From assembly GCA_964531375.1 (NCBI GenBank), contig CAZHDO010000003.1, forward strand, positions 17,983-81,982: a stretch of 64,000 nt of DNA, given 5' to 3'. The stretch is from an uncultured Candidatus Saccharibacteria bacterium (GTDB taxonomy: Bacteria > Patescibacteriota > Minisyncoccia > Phycocordibacterales > UBA12445). Below are positions 9,988-20,320 of this stretch, in pieces; positions within the stretch are counted from its first letter, which is position 1; the number at the start of each line of letters is the position of its first letter. Made by a program: the position numbers and the translations under genes. The notes under the pieces were generated by a model, which worked only from the letters and a program-made list of their open reading frames with translations, did no database searches and was not told the DNA's origin.

Positions 9988-11655
9988 CTATTTAAAGAAT
10001 TCTGGTTTATTTATAAACATCCAATTAAACAATTGATTCATTACATAAACACCGCCCATTGTATTTTCTACTGGCCCTTTTTCCATAACGACAGTAAAGG
10101 CATATTTTGGGTCTTTGTATGGAAAAAAACCAACGTTCCACGAATTAACAAACTTTTTAGAAACCCCAAGTTCGGCGGTTCCTGTTTTTCCCGCAATCTC
10201 AACCTGTGAAAAATTAATACCCTTAGAGGTACCTTCCAAAACCGAATCCCTCATCCCCTCCTTTATTACATCAAACTTATCGCTATCTACTTCGACAATA
10301 CTTTCTATTGTAACCCCCGCTCCAGGCGCTTGTTTTATTATTGTTGGCTTAAGAACCTTACCTCCATTTGCGATTGCAGATATGGCTCGAACAACTTGTA
10401 TTGGTGTGACCTGAAAACCGTACTGACCAATACCACTATGATAAGTATTACCCAATGACCACTTTTCTCCATCAAAAATCCTTTCTTTCCATTCAGGAGA
10501 CGGTATATTCCCAGATTTTTCAGGTTGTAATTCAAAACCCGTTGTAGTACCAAAACCAAACATTTTAGAATACTTTTCAATATTCAAAATACCAATACCC
10601 TTCTGATCTTCATAACCGCCACTTATAGCATAAAAATACACATCAGAAGAGAACGCAATTGCCTTTTTCATATCAACCCAGCCGTGAGCTTTCCAGTCTT
10701 TGAAAACAGTCGGCTTATCAGGCGAATATGGGTTGGGTATTGAAATGGACCCAGAACTATAAATAGATTTTTCTGGTTTTATAATTCCTTCATTCAAAGC
10801 AGCCAAGGCAAAAATTGGCTTCATAATAGAACCAGGTACATACAAACCTGAAACTACTCTATTCATAAACGGCATCCTTTTGTCTTTTAGATATTCCCCA
10901 ACTTTCTCTTCATCTTTTTGGATAAGTGCGTTTGAATCATATTCAGGATAACTCGCCATTGCAACTATTTCTCCAGTATTAACATCCATCATAACACCAG
11001 CGCCCCCCTGAAAACCTTTTTCTTTGGCCAACGAGCTTATGTATTCTGAAAACTTATTTGAAATATCGACATCTAATGATAACTTAACATCGCCTCCCTT
11101 AACTCCAGGATCAAAAATATTTTCTGATTGTATCTCCCCACGAGCATTAACTTCAACAACCTCAACCCCCTCAATACCCCTCAAATACTCGTTAAATATT
11201 TTTTCAGCTCCCTCCTTGCCCGCCATTTCTTTTGAATCTATAGATATATCTAATTTTTCAATATCTTCTTTTGATGGATAACCTAAGTACCCAAGAGCAA
11301 CGTGCACCGACTTATCTGTATATCTTCTTCCATCCTTTTCATTCCAAGCTAAAAGATTATCGTTTCTATCGTAAATAACACCTCGCTCTGGAAGATATGC
11401 GATTTTTTTCAAGCTATTTGACTCACTTCTTATTGCAAAAGATTCTCCGTGCTTCACCTGAAGCGACCATATTTTAAGAACAAAAACGGATACAACTAAA
11501 AGAAAAAAAACGAATGCAAAAACAATAACCTTCTTGGGTAGTGGCTTTTCAATCCAACCCTCAAATTGGTGAGTATTAAAAGAAGACAAATTACTAGAAT
11601 CTAAAAAGATTTCATCTGGCTCAATATCTTTATTCATTCCAGCGCGAAATTTCAT
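9988..11655 (-). CDS. mrdA: Penicillin-binding protein 2 (elongasome transpeptidase)
   Basis: It has an N-terminal TM segment, the SxxK motif (SIMKP) and a KTGTAE motif, and is adjacent to the mreBCD genes. Confidence 0.8.
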   Translation of the reverse strand: MKFRAGMNKDIEPDEIFLDSSNLSSFNTHQFEGWIEKPLPKKVIVFAFVFFLLVVSVFVLKIWSLQVKHGESFAIRSESNSLKKIAYLPERGVIYDRNDNLLAWNEKDGRRYTDKSVHVALGYLGYPSKEDIEKLDISIDSKEMAGKEGAEKIFNEYLRGIEGVEVVEVNARGEIQSENIFDPGVKGGDVKLSLDVDISNKFSEYISSLAKEKGFQGGAGVMMDVNTGEIVAMASYPEYDSNALIQKDEEKVGEYLKDKRMPFMNRVVSGLYVPGSIMKPIFALAALNEGIIKPEKSIYSSGSISIPNPYSPDKPTVFKDWKAHGWVDMKKAIAFSSDVYFYAISGGYEDQKGIGILNIEKYSKMFGFGTTTGFELQPEKSGNIPSPEWKERIFDGEKWSLGNTYHSGIGQYGFQVTPIQVVRAISAIANGGKVLKPTIIKQAPGAGVTIESIVEVDSDKFDVIKEGMRDSVLEGTSKGINFSQVEIAGKTGTAELGVSKKFVNSWNVGFFPYKDPKYAFTVVMEKGPVENTMGGVYVMNQLFNWMFINKPEFFK

Positions 11656-11660
11656 AAATA

Positions 11661-11921
11661 CTAGAATGTCCTAACTCTTTCTCTAATAATTCCAGAAATA
11701 AGCAAAGTAACAGCAGAAAATGCTGTAAAAATAAACTTAAAACCATAAAAACTCGGAACCTGAACTCCAAAAAGAATATCTACAACAAAAGATAAAAACA
11801 AAAATTCGTAATAATTTTCAAAATTAAATGCAGATATAAAACCTATTAGCATAAACGCAAAACCTGGGCTAAAAAAAGTTAAATATAATAAAAAAAAGTC
11901 AATTAAAATTCTTGTTAGCAT
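11661..11921 (-). CDS. Small polytopic membrane protein, possibly a short MreD
   Basis: 86 aa and hydrophobic. Its position between mreC and mrdA matches the mreBCD-mrdA order. The MreD assignment rests on synteny only. Confidence 0.35.
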   Translation of the reverse strand: MLTRILIDFFLLYLTFFSPGFAFMLIGFISAFNFENYYEFLFLSFVVDILFGVQVPSFYGFKFIFTAFSAVTLLISGIIRERVRTF

Positions 11922-11924
11922 AGA

Positions 11925-12824
11925 CTATTCTTTTTCTTTTCTTATTATCTCAACAAAACGAATCTCTTTAATATTAAAAGGTGCTTTTAAAAATATTTTT
12001 TTAAACGCATCTCCTTCTTTTTTTTCTATTACCGCAACAATGGCTACTGTACTAACTATATTACCAGGAAACAAAGCGTAATCTCCAACCCCAACGGTAT
12101 ATTGACTTGGCATTGATACATAGAAGTTACCACTACCAGATCCAATAATATCAATCATGGTTTTGCTTTGCCCAAATATAATTGAAGTTTTTAATCCGTA
12201 GGATGAAAACAATCTTATCTTAGAAGTTTCGGAATAAATCTCCACAACCTCACCAACCATTGACCCCATTGAATCGATGGCTATGTCGCCAACCTTTACA
12301 CTTTTGTTCTTACCACTATCAACCAAAATGACATCATACGGAGGGGTTACCGGACCAGATAAAACAAATGCTGGTGTTATATTAATTTCCCTAGTTTCTG
12401 TTGTTTTTTTATTTTTTTCTTTTAAATTTTTGCTCTTGTCGGAACCGCTACCTGTGCCGACAAACTGAGAAGAATCATTTATAGTTAATATGTTTTTTAA
12501 ACCTAAATTTTCTTCTTTAAGAATCTTATTTTCCAAAGCATAAACCCTAAGAAGACCTAATTGTTTTGTTAACTTATCATTTTCCAAAACAAGGCTCTCT
12601 TTATTATCAAAATTAATAAAAAAAGCTGAAATCTCATCTGAAATATAATTATTTATACCCCAAAGAGGTTTAGAAACATATGTTATCGAGTCAAATAAAA
12701 AAGACTGGACTGATTCTCTCCAGACAAAAGAAATTATTAAAATTAGGAAAATTAAAATAAAAGATATAAATTTATTTTTATTTTCATATTCTTTATTGGG
12801 GAGGTATTTCATCTTCATTGCCAA
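11925..12824 (-). CDS. mreC: Rod shape-determining protein MreC
   Basis: It has an N-terminal TM segment, a coiled-coil (LKEENLGLKNIL) and a beta-rich C-terminal region, and lies immediately downstream of mreB. Confidence 0.6.
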   Translation of the reverse strand: MAMKMKYLPNKEYENKNKFISFILIFLILIISFVWRESVQSFLFDSITYVSKPLWGINNYISDEISAFFINFDNKESLVLENDKLTKQLGLLRVYALENKILKEENLGLKNILTINDSSQFVGTGSGSDKSKNLKEKNKKTTETREINITPAFVLSGPVTPPYDVILVDSGKNKSVKVGDIAIDSMGSMVGEVVEIYSETSKIRLFSSYGLKTSIIFGQSKTMIDIIGSGSGNFYVSMPSQYTVGVGDYALFPGNIVSTVAIVAVIEKKEGDAFKKIFLKAPFNIKEIRFVEIIRKEKE

Positions 12825-13848
12825 TTAAAACCTCTTCATATAAATCAAAATTTTCCAACACAGTACCCGTACCCCTAACAACAGCCCTCAGTGGATCCTC
12901 CGCTATCGTAACTGGTATTTTAATTTCTTTTTGAATCACTATTGGTAGTCCTTGAATAAGAGAACCGCCACCAGCCAAAACAACACCCTTGTGCATAATA
13001 TCAGCAACTATTTCAGGTGGAGTAATTTCAATAACCTCTTTTACTGAATTAACAATAAGTTTAATAGAGCCCGCTATAGCCTCTCTTACGTCGTGATCAG
13101 TAACCACCACCTCTCTTGGAAGTCCAGTAACAAGATCTCTCCCCTTAACAACAAATTCCATTGGTGAGCCCTGTTCACATGCTGAACCAATGGCAATTTT
13201 AATATCTTCGGCGGTTTTTTCACCCAGAAGAATTTTGAATTCATCTCTGATGTAAGAAACAATATCCTGGTCAAGCTTATCACCCGCTATTCTGAGGTTT
13301 TTAGACTGAACAATTCCATTCAAAGAAATAACCGCAATATCAGTTGTACCGCCACCTATATCAACAATCATACTACCCATTGGTTCATGGACAGGCATTC
13401 TAACGCCTATAGCTGCCGCCATTGGCTCTTCAATCAGATGAACCTCTCTTGCACCAACATTCATGCCAGCATCTCTAACAGCACGTCTTTCAACACTTGT
13501 AATTCCAGACGGAACGCCGATAAGCACCCTAGGCCTAAGAAGTTTTTTGTTCGAAATCTCTTGGGTCTTTCTTATAAAATATCCAATCATTTCCTCTGTA
13601 ATTTCAAAATCAGAAATGACACCATCTACAAGTGGTCTAACAGCAACAATATGATGAGGCGTTCTGCCTATCATTTGCTTAGCCTCCTTTCCTATTGCAA
13701 CAACTCTATTTGTTTTTTGATTAACTGCCACAACAGATGGTTCATCGATAACAATTCCATGGTCGCGAAGATATACTAGAGTATTTGCGGTTCCTAAATC
13801 AATTCCGATATCACTTGAAAAATATCTGTAAAATTTCTTTTTCATCAT
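12793..13848 (-). CDS. mreB: Rod shape-determining actin homolog MreB
   Basis: It carries the motifs DIGIDLGTANTLVY and MIVDIGGGTTDIAV. Confidence 0.9.
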   Translation of the reverse strand: MMKKKFYRYFSSDIGIDLGTANTLVYLRDHGIVIDEPSVVAVNQKTNRVVAIGKEAKQMIGRTPHHIVAVRPLVDGVISDFEITEEMIGYFIRKTQEISNKKLLRPRVLIGVPSGITSVERRAVRDAGMNVGAREVHLIEEPMAAAIGVRMPVHEPMGSMIVDIGGGTTDIAVISLNGIVQSKNLRIAGDKLDQDIVSYIRDEFKILLGEKTAEDIKIAIGSACEQGSPMEFVVKGRDLVTGLPREVVVTDHDVREAIAGSIKLIVNSVKEVIEITPPEIVADIMHKGVVLAGGGSLIQGLPIVIQKEIKIPVTIAEDPLRAVVRGTGTVLENFDLYEEVLIGNEDEIPPQ

Positions 13849-13865
13849 CCTTTATTATCTTCAGG

Positions 13866-15116
13866 TTATATAAGTTTAAACAATTCCTCTTCTGTAACTA
13901 TTTTTATTTCTCCATTTTTTCTAACCTTAAGTTCAAAACCGCCAGCATCTAAAGTTTTTTGACTCACAATAATTCTATAAGGAATTCCGATTAAATCGGC
14001 ATCACTAAATTTCGCACCAGCAGAAACATCTCTATCGTCATAAATAATTTCAACACCCCTCTTTTTAAATTCTTCATAAATTCTCTCTGTTTTTTCTTTC
14101 ACAATATCACCATCTTTTTTACTACTTATTTCTATAAGGTGTATTTTAAATGGCGCAATGGATTCTGGCCAAATTATTCCAGCTTCGTCAGAAAGCGCCT
14201 CAACCACAGCACCCATTGCACGACCCAAACCTATCCCATAACAACCCATCAATATCGGTAAAGTTTTACCTTCTTCGTTCTTGTAAACCATTTCAAAAGG
14301 TTCGGTAAATTTGGTTTTTAACTCAAAAATATTACCAACTTCAATCGACTTTTCTTCTTTAAAATTATCCCCACCACAGGAAGGGCAAACTTTTTGGGTT
14401 GAAATTATTTCATCATTTATAGCAATCAAACATTTATCACAAACGTATATTTTATCTTCTCCTGCGCTAGTAACCATCTGAAACTCGTGGGAAAATTTTG
14501 AAAAGCTTCCGCCAGATGCATAAGTCTTAAAAGTAAGATGCCCAATCCCTATTCTTTTAAAAATATTGTTATAAACTTCAGCCATTGTTTCGTAAAAATT
14601 ATGCATATCATTTTCATCTCTATGAAAAGAATACATATCTTTCATAACAAATTCCCTTCCACGAAGTATTCCTGACTTTGCACGAAGCTCCATTCTGAAT
14701 TTATTTTGAAACTGGTAAACAGACAAAGGCAGATCTTTGTAGGAATTTACAAAATTCTTTACGAGAGGGACAACCACCTCTTCGTGTGTTGGAGCAAGCG
14801 CGCTCTCCCTCTTGCCTACATCTATTATTTTATATAAATCATCCATCGTGTCCCAGCGCCCTGTTTTCTGCCAAAGTTCCTTGGGATGAAGAGATGGCAT
14901 AAAAATTTCTTGTGCACCTACCTTATTCACTTCTTCACGAATTATATTTTCAATTTTTTTTATTACTGTATATCCCAGTGGAAGATAACTATAAACCCCT
15001 GCTTGAAGCTTATCGACAAATCCAGCACGTATAAGCAAAGAAGCATTTTTCGAAACCTCATCTTTAGGCCCCTCTCTTCTTGTCTTTGTAAAAAGTTTAG
15101 ATTGTCTCATATACAC
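13866..15116 (-). CDS. proS: Proline--tRNA ligase (short form)
   Basis: It begins MRQSKLFTKTRRE with a ProRS-type N-terminus, has class II motifs and an FRDE-type motif (SFHRDE). Confidence 0.75.
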   Translation of the reverse strand: MYMRQSKLFTKTRREGPKDEVSKNASLLIRAGFVDKLQAGVYSYLPLGYTVIKKIENIIREEVNKVGAQEIFMPSLHPKELWQKTGRWDTMDDLYKIIDVGKRESALAPTHEEVVVPLVKNFVNSYKDLPLSVYQFQNKFRMELRAKSGILRGREFVMKDMYSFHRDENDMHNFYETMAEVYNNIFKRIGIGHLTFKTYASGGSFSKFSHEFQMVTSAGEDKIYVCDKCLIAINDEIISTQKVCPSCGGDNFKEEKSIEVGNIFELKTKFTEPFEMVYKNEEGKTLPILMGCYGIGLGRAMGAVVEALSDEAGIIWPESIAPFKIHLIEISSKKDGDIVKEKTERIYEEFKKRGVEIIYDDRDVSAGAKFSDADLIGIPYRIIVSQKTLDAGGFELKVRKNGEIKIVTEEELFKLI

Positions 15117-15261
15117 TGAATACTAACTCAAATGACCACCTGTGTGAAGTGGCCATTTTATTCATTTATTACAACATAACACGATGAGACACAATGTAAA
15201 ATCTAATGAGAAAAATAACGATAAAAAACAACAAAAAAATATAAACCAAGAATACGATGCT

Positions 15262-16377
15262 CTATGCCGGAAATATTATTTTTACAACATCACTCAAAGT
15301 AACAGCCGCCATTACGAATAATAGAAGAGCAAAACAGACAACACTCATCTTATTTACAACCTCAGGATTAAGAGGTTTTCCTCTTAAATATTCTGCAAAC
15401 AAAAGAAACAGTCTACCTCCGTCTAGTACTGGAAACGGAACCAAATTCAGCACTGCCAAATTGATTGATATAAGCGCAATCATATTCATCAACTGAACAA
15501 GACCATCCTCTGAAGCCTTTCCAACCAATCCAACCATTCCTACCGGACCACTTACATTTGAAACAGAAGATTGTCCTGTAAAAAATCCGTAAATAAAATC
15601 AACTAGACCCAGGCACATACTGTATGTAATTTTGACGCTCAAAATCAATCCTTCGGGAATCGCTTGATAAAAAGGTAACTTTAGTGTTCCCACCATATCC
15701 AAAGAAACGCCAATAGCAGGTTTTCCATTTGCTATTCCAGCCACTGGTATTACGTTTGTAGTAGAGGCCATGCCGTTTCTCTTATATCCGACAAAGATGT
15801 TCTGATCACTATTCGACGCAATAAAACCTTGTACATTTTCAACTGTTATACTTTCAGCTTGTATTGTGCTAGTCGCTGTTGATAAAAATATAATTTCATC
15901 GCCAGCCTCAAGTCCTGCTTTTTTTGCAGGAGAACTTGATAAAACATTCATTATCGCTAAATGAGTTTCTTCTGCCTTAAGTCTTTCTGGTAACTCGCTT
16001 ACAGAAACAGGGGCACCAATAGTTATCGTTGACGAAATCAAAAACCAAGCAAGTATAAAATTAAAAGACACCCCAGCAAGCATAACGGCTGCTTGGATTT
16101 TTTTAGATTTAGCACTCAACGACCTATTCCTAACTTCCTCGCTTGCCTTTAAAAATTCATCATTATTTTCCTCTCCAAAAATTTTAACAAAACCACCGAA
16201 TGGTATTAAATTAAAACTGTATTCTGTCTCTCCCCATTTAAAAGAAAATAATTTAGGTGGAAATCCAAAACCAAATTCATCAACTCTAATACCAGACAGT
16301 TTTGCAACTATAAAATGCCCAAATTCATGAGAAAGTACAAGTATTGCAAGAACCGCAAAAAAAATAATTAAATTCAT
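15262..16377 (-). CDS. rseP: Site-2 (RIP) zinc metalloprotease RseP, M50 family
   Basis: It has an HEFGHFIVAK zincin motif within a TM helix, a PDZ domain, and a C-terminal LDGG motif. Confidence 0.85.
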   Translation of the reverse strand: MNLIIFFAVLAILVLSHEFGHFIVAKLSGIRVDEFGFGFPPKLFSFKWGETEYSFNLIPFGGFVKIFGEENNDEFLKASEEVRNRSLSAKSKKIQAAVMLAGVSFNFILAWFLISSTITIGAPVSVSELPERLKAEETHLAIMNVLSSSPAKKAGLEAGDEIIFLSTATSTIQAESITVENVQGFIASNSDQNIFVGYKRNGMASTTNVIPVAGIANGKPAIGVSLDMVGTLKLPFYQAIPEGLILSVKITYSMCLGLVDFIYGFFTGQSSVSNVSGPVGMVGLVGKASEDGLVQLMNMIALISINLAVLNLVPFPVLDGGRLFLLFAEYLRGKPLNPEVVNKMSVVCFALLLFVMAAVTLSDVVKIIFPA

Positions 16378-16935
16378 TTACATTCCCATTATTTCAACTT
16401 CCTTTTTCGCAGCAACAGCCTCTAGGTTTTTGTTTGCCTCATCAACTAGTTTTTGTAATTCATCCTTTAGTACGAATTTATCATCTTCTGTAAGCAAGCT
16501 ATCTCTAACCTTAGCCTGTATATCGGTCCAAACACTTTCTCTCTCTAATCGAATAGCCACCCTTGCTTCTTCAAGCCTTTCTTTAATTAATTTTGTAATT
16601 GTCTTTCTTCTATCTTCTGTAAGTTCAGGAAAAATAACCCTTACACCCAAACTATCTGGTGAAGTAGAGACACCCAGGTTTGCAGCTGCAATCGCCCTTT
16701 CTATATCCTTAATACTGTTCTTGTCCCAAGGGGTAATCTTTAGAGTCCGTGCGTCTTCAATACTAATATTAGCCACATGAGTCAGCGGCATTTTTGAACC
16801 GTAAGAATCAATTACTACACTATCAAGCAACGCTGGCGTAGCTCTACCAGTCCTTAAACCCGCAAATTCTTGATTAAGCCATTTTGCTGTTGATGTTGTT
16901 TTATCTTTAAATTGTGTGAAATTGTATATTGCCAT
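16378..16935 (-). CDS. frr: Ribosome recycling factor
   Basis: 185 aa with a typical RRF sequence (LRTGRATPALLD...TEDRRK). Confidence 0.9.
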   Translation of the reverse strand: MAIYNFTQFKDKTTSTAKWLNQEFAGLRTGRATPALLDSVVIDSYGSKMPLTHVANISIEDARTLKITPWDKNSIKDIERAIAAANLGVSTSPDSLGVRVIFPELTEDRRKTITKLIKERLEEARVAIRLERESVWTDIQAKVRDSLLTEDDKFVLKDELQKLVDEANKNLEAVAAKKEVEIMGM

Positions 16936-16995
16936 AAGTTTATTGTTAATTATTAATCAATTACCAAAACGCTCGCTCATCTAAATATATCATTT

Positions 16996-17715
16996 TTACT
17001 TTTTTTCTTCTACCACTGGACACAAAAAAGACAAATATTCTAGCAATAATTTTGGAGCTGAGGAAATATCGCCAGAGTATTTTTTTATTTTTGAAATTTC
17101 ACTAAAGATTTTTTGATAATCAATATAATTTAAGAAATTACTATTTTTTTGTATATTAAAAATATGGCCTTCGATGTCTGAAATAAAATCTTCGACAATA
17201 ATTCTCTGACTGCTTGGCTCCATATCTTCATCTATTAAATCAGCAACCATTAAAATTCTTTCAGGTATTTGTGATGACAAAAATTTCTTTGCACTATCTC
17301 CAACAACACTGTCTAATTCATAAATTATTTTTTTTAATCTAGACTTAATTGTCGGTAAAAGTATTCTTTCGCTTGGTGTAATGATAAAAAAATGAGTATT
17401 GGGAATTGGCTCTTCTAGGGTTTTTAAAATAGCGTTCTGTGACTGTTCCGTAAAGCGCCTAGCCCCAATAATAAATATTCTTTTTCCACCAGATAAACTC
17501 TTGCTTTGACTAATTTGTCTTATTTTTCTTCCCTCCTCAATATCAAAAACGTCTTGGTCGTAAATATAATAATCTGGATTTCTTGAAATTTGGACACCTA
17601 AAATTTGCGCTAATAATTCATTCAATTTAGCGATGGATTTTTTAATATCACCAACCACAAGATAAGCATGGTGAAAATCTTTTGTTTCCTTAAAATTATC
17701 CAAAATAGAATCCAT
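16996..17715 (-). CDS. Possible DNA polymerase III delta'-like protein (degenerate AAA+)
   Basis: 239 aa. It begins HAYLVVG without an intact P-loop, as seen in delta'-like proteins. The assignment is weak. Confidence 0.3.
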   Translation of the reverse strand: MDSILDNFKETKDFHHAYLVVGDIKKSIAKLNELLAQILGVQISRNPDYYIYDQDVFDIEEGRKIRQISQSKSLSGGKRIFIIGARRFTEQSQNAILKTLEEPIPNTHFFIITPSERILLPTIKSRLKKIIYELDSVVGDSAKKFLSSQIPERILMVADLIDEDMEPSSQRIIVEDFISDIEGHIFNIQKNSNFLNYIDYQKIFSEISKIKKYSGDISSAPKLLLEYLSFLCPVVEEKK

Positions 17716-17719
17716 ATCT

Positions 17720-18733
17720 CTACCTTTTTGACGTTATTGATTGTTTATAAACATCAAGATGTTCAAGAGCAACACCAGTGCCTTTTACAACACAATAAAG
17801 AGCATCTTCTGCAAGTATCGCCTTAACACCCGTCTTTCTATAAATAAGTTCTGGTAAATTTCTAAGCATCGAAGTACCGCCTGTCATAATTATTCCATGG
17901 TCAATTATATCTGCTGAAAGTTCCGGTGGTGTCTCTTGAAAAACATCCTTAATCGCCTTAACTATTTGTTTTAATTCTTCAGAAATTGCCTTAACTATTT
18001 CATTGGTTGTAATTTCTGCAGTTCTAGGTAACCCACTTAAAAAGTCTCTACCCTTTATTGTCATTTTCATTTCATCGTCGACAATAATCGCAGAGCCAAC
18101 TTTTTTCTTTATCTCTTCTGCCGTCTGATCGCCAACCGCGAGATTAAAAGTTTTTTTAATATAATCAGTTATTGCTTGGTCAATTTTATTTCCAGCACAT
18201 TTTACAGAATTTGCAGTAACGATACCCCCCAAAGAAATAACAGCCACATCTGTCGTACCCCCACCAATATCTACCACCATATGTCCACGCGCCTCGTGAA
18301 TAGGAATTCCTGCACCTATAGCCGCAAGAATCGGCTCTTTAACCACATATGCCATTTTCGCACCTGCTCTAATCGTGGCCTCAATAACAGCCCTTCTTTC
18401 AGTGGAAGAAATACCGGCAGGAACAGACACCATTACTTCAGGTTTAAATATATCGATTTTTCTAAGAGATTTATTTATGTAATAACGCAACATCGCTTCA
18501 GTGATTCTATAGTCAGCGATCACACCATCTTTCATTGGTCGATAAGCAATAATATCGTCTGGAGTTTTACCGATCATATCTTTTGCGCCAGTACCAACAG
18601 CAATCACTCGATTATCCCTTTGAGATACAGCAACCACAGAAGGTTCATTTAAAACAATCCCACGCCCAGGCACAAAAACCAGCGTGTTTGCTGTTCCAAG
18701 ATCTATTCCTAATTTTCTAGTAAATAGCCCCAT
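17720..18733 (-). CDS. MreB/Mbl-family actin-like protein (second paralog)
   Basis: It carries GIDLGTANTLVF and MVVDIGGGTTDVAV motifs. It has the MreB fold but is distinct from the copy at 12793-13848. Confidence 0.85.
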   Translation of the reverse strand: MGLFTRKLGIDLGTANTLVFVPGRGIVLNEPSVVAVSQRDNRVIAVGTGAKDMIGKTPDDIIAYRPMKDGVIADYRITEAMLRYYINKSLRKIDIFKPEVMVSVPAGISSTERRAVIEATIRAGAKMAYVVKEPILAAIGAGIPIHEARGHMVVDIGGGTTDVAVISLGGIVTANSVKCAGNKIDQAITDYIKKTFNLAVGDQTAEEIKKKVGSAIIVDDEMKMTIKGRDFLSGLPRTAEITTNEIVKAISEELKQIVKAIKDVFQETPPELSADIIDHGIIMTGGTSMLRNLPELIYRKTGVKAILAEDALYCVVKGTGVALEHLDVYKQSITSKR

Positions 18734-18784
18734 ATTTATTTTTCTGATTACAACCTGAGACTTACCACGACAGTTTCCCTTGTC

Positions 18785-20083
18785 TTAGTTTGGAAATCTT
18801 TCAATCTCAACGCCAATTTTTTTTAATCTATCTTCAATTTCTCCGTATCCTCTATCAATATAATATGCATTATGTATTACAGAATCACCTTCTGCAAGAA
18901 TTGCTGCAAGCAAAAACGCCAAACCAGCTCTTATATCTGGACTTTCCATCTCTCTTCCGTGTAAATTTGATGGACCTTTTACCGTCGCCCGATGAGGATC
19001 CCATACTTTTATATCAGCCCCCATTCTCTTTAAATCATCAGCATAATTTAAACGCCCTTCGAATATTGTTTCAAAAATAAAACTCTCTCCTGTTGATTGT
19101 GTTAGAAAAACAACCATCGGCGCTTGAAGGTCTGTCGGAAATCCTGGATACTCGTGGGTCTTAATATTTAAACTTTTATAATCTGAATTTGGAGTTTTTG
19201 AATTATCAATAAACCTTATACTATTTTTACCAACCTGCATTTTCACACCAGTTGAAATCAAATATTCTATAAGTGATTCGTTCCATTCTGGATCGCAATT
19301 TTTTATTTCTAAATTATTTGCGCACAATGCTCCCAGAATAATAAAACTACCAGCTTCAATTCTATCAGATGGTGTTATGTAAGCCTTACCTTTTGCAGAC
19401 AATAAGCCAGTACCAATAACCTCTATCGTCGATGTACCAGCGCCTTTTATTTTTGCACCACATTTATTTAAGAAATCTGCAAGATGTTTTGTCTCAGGCT
19501 CAAGTGATGCATTTTTAATCGTGGTTTTTCCTTTTGCTAAAACGGCAGCCATCATAAGTGTCTGCGTACCAGTGACACTCTGATTTTTCATAAAAATATT
19601 TGCGCCTTTTAATTTACCATCAGTTGCTTTGATAGAATATTTTTTCTCTTCGTTTTCAATCCTTGAACCCATTTTTTTAAAACCATCCAAAAAAACATCT
19701 ATTGGTCTTGCGCCAATAACGCAACCGCCTGGATGAGGAAAAGAAACAATTCCCATTCTTGCAAGAATCGGGCCAGTTAAAACAATAGAGGCTCTTAACT
19801 TTTTGGAAATCTCATCGGGAATATCTGTATTTATTTTTTTGCCAAATTTAATTGAACAACTTTTTGGACTTAAATCATTAACCTCTGCACCGAGCGCACG
19901 AAGAAGATCTTTCATCCTCTTCACGTCCTCAATTTGAGGAATATTTTTAATTACTAATTCATCTTTAAAAAGAACTGAAAAAGATAACGCTTGCAAAACT
20001 GCATTCTTCGCTCCATTAATTTCAATTACCCCCTCAAGAGTCTTTTTTCCACCTAATCCTTTGACTTTAAATATGTCTGACAT
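18785..20083 (-). CDS. murA: UDP-N-acetylglucosamine 1-carboxyvinyltransferase
   Basis: 432 aa with an EPSP-synthase-like fold and a MurA-specific N-terminus (KGLGGKKTLEGVIEINGAKNAVL). Confidence 0.9.
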   Translation of the reverse strand: MSDIFKVKGLGGKKTLEGVIEINGAKNAVLQALSFSVLFKDELVIKNIPQIEDVKRMKDLLRALGAEVNDLSPKSCSIKFGKKINTDIPDEISKKLRASIVLTGPILARMGIVSFPHPGGCVIGARPIDVFLDGFKKMGSRIENEEKKYSIKATDGKLKGANIFMKNQSVTGTQTLMMAAVLAKGKTTIKNASLEPETKHLADFLNKCGAKIKGAGTSTIEVIGTGLLSAKGKAYITPSDRIEAGSFIILGALCANNLEIKNCDPEWNESLIEYLISTGVKMQVGKNSIRFIDNSKTPNSDYKSLNIKTHEYPGFPTDLQAPMVVFLTQSTGESFIFETIFEGRLNYADDLKRMGADIKVWDPHRATVKGPSNLHGREMESPDIRAGLAFLLAAILAEGDSVIHNAYYIDRGYGEIEDRLKKIGVEIERFPN

Positions 20084-20250
20084 ACCTAAATCTTATCTTA
20101 TGAATTATAAATATACAATATTGATTTTTGCGCACAGATTCATGTTGATAAGACAGCTTATATATTCAGATAAAATGCTAATTTATCCTTATTTTGCAAG
20201 ATAAATTTAATAATTAACAACAAAAGACAAAATATACATATTTTCTAAAC

Positions 20251-20279
20251 TTGACAAACTACACTATTTGGTATATAGT
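20251..20279 (+). promoter_or_regulatory. Sigma70-like promoter, TTGACA-N17-TATAGT
   Basis: A consensus -35 TTGACA at 20251-20256 and a TATAGT -10 element at 20274-20279 lie about 40 nt upstream of the lipoprotein ATG. The AAGGAG Shine-Dalgarno is at 20307-20312. Confidence 0.5.
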
Positions 20280-20320
20280 ATATAAAGTTCATTAAAAATT
20301 CCAAAAGAAGGAGCGTTCTC

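Noticed and set aside
15117-15261. Terminator hairpin downstream of rseP (GACCACCTGTGTGAAGTGGCC)
   Set aside because: The stem is imperfect (4-5 bp with mismatches) and has only a short T-run. It is too weak to call.
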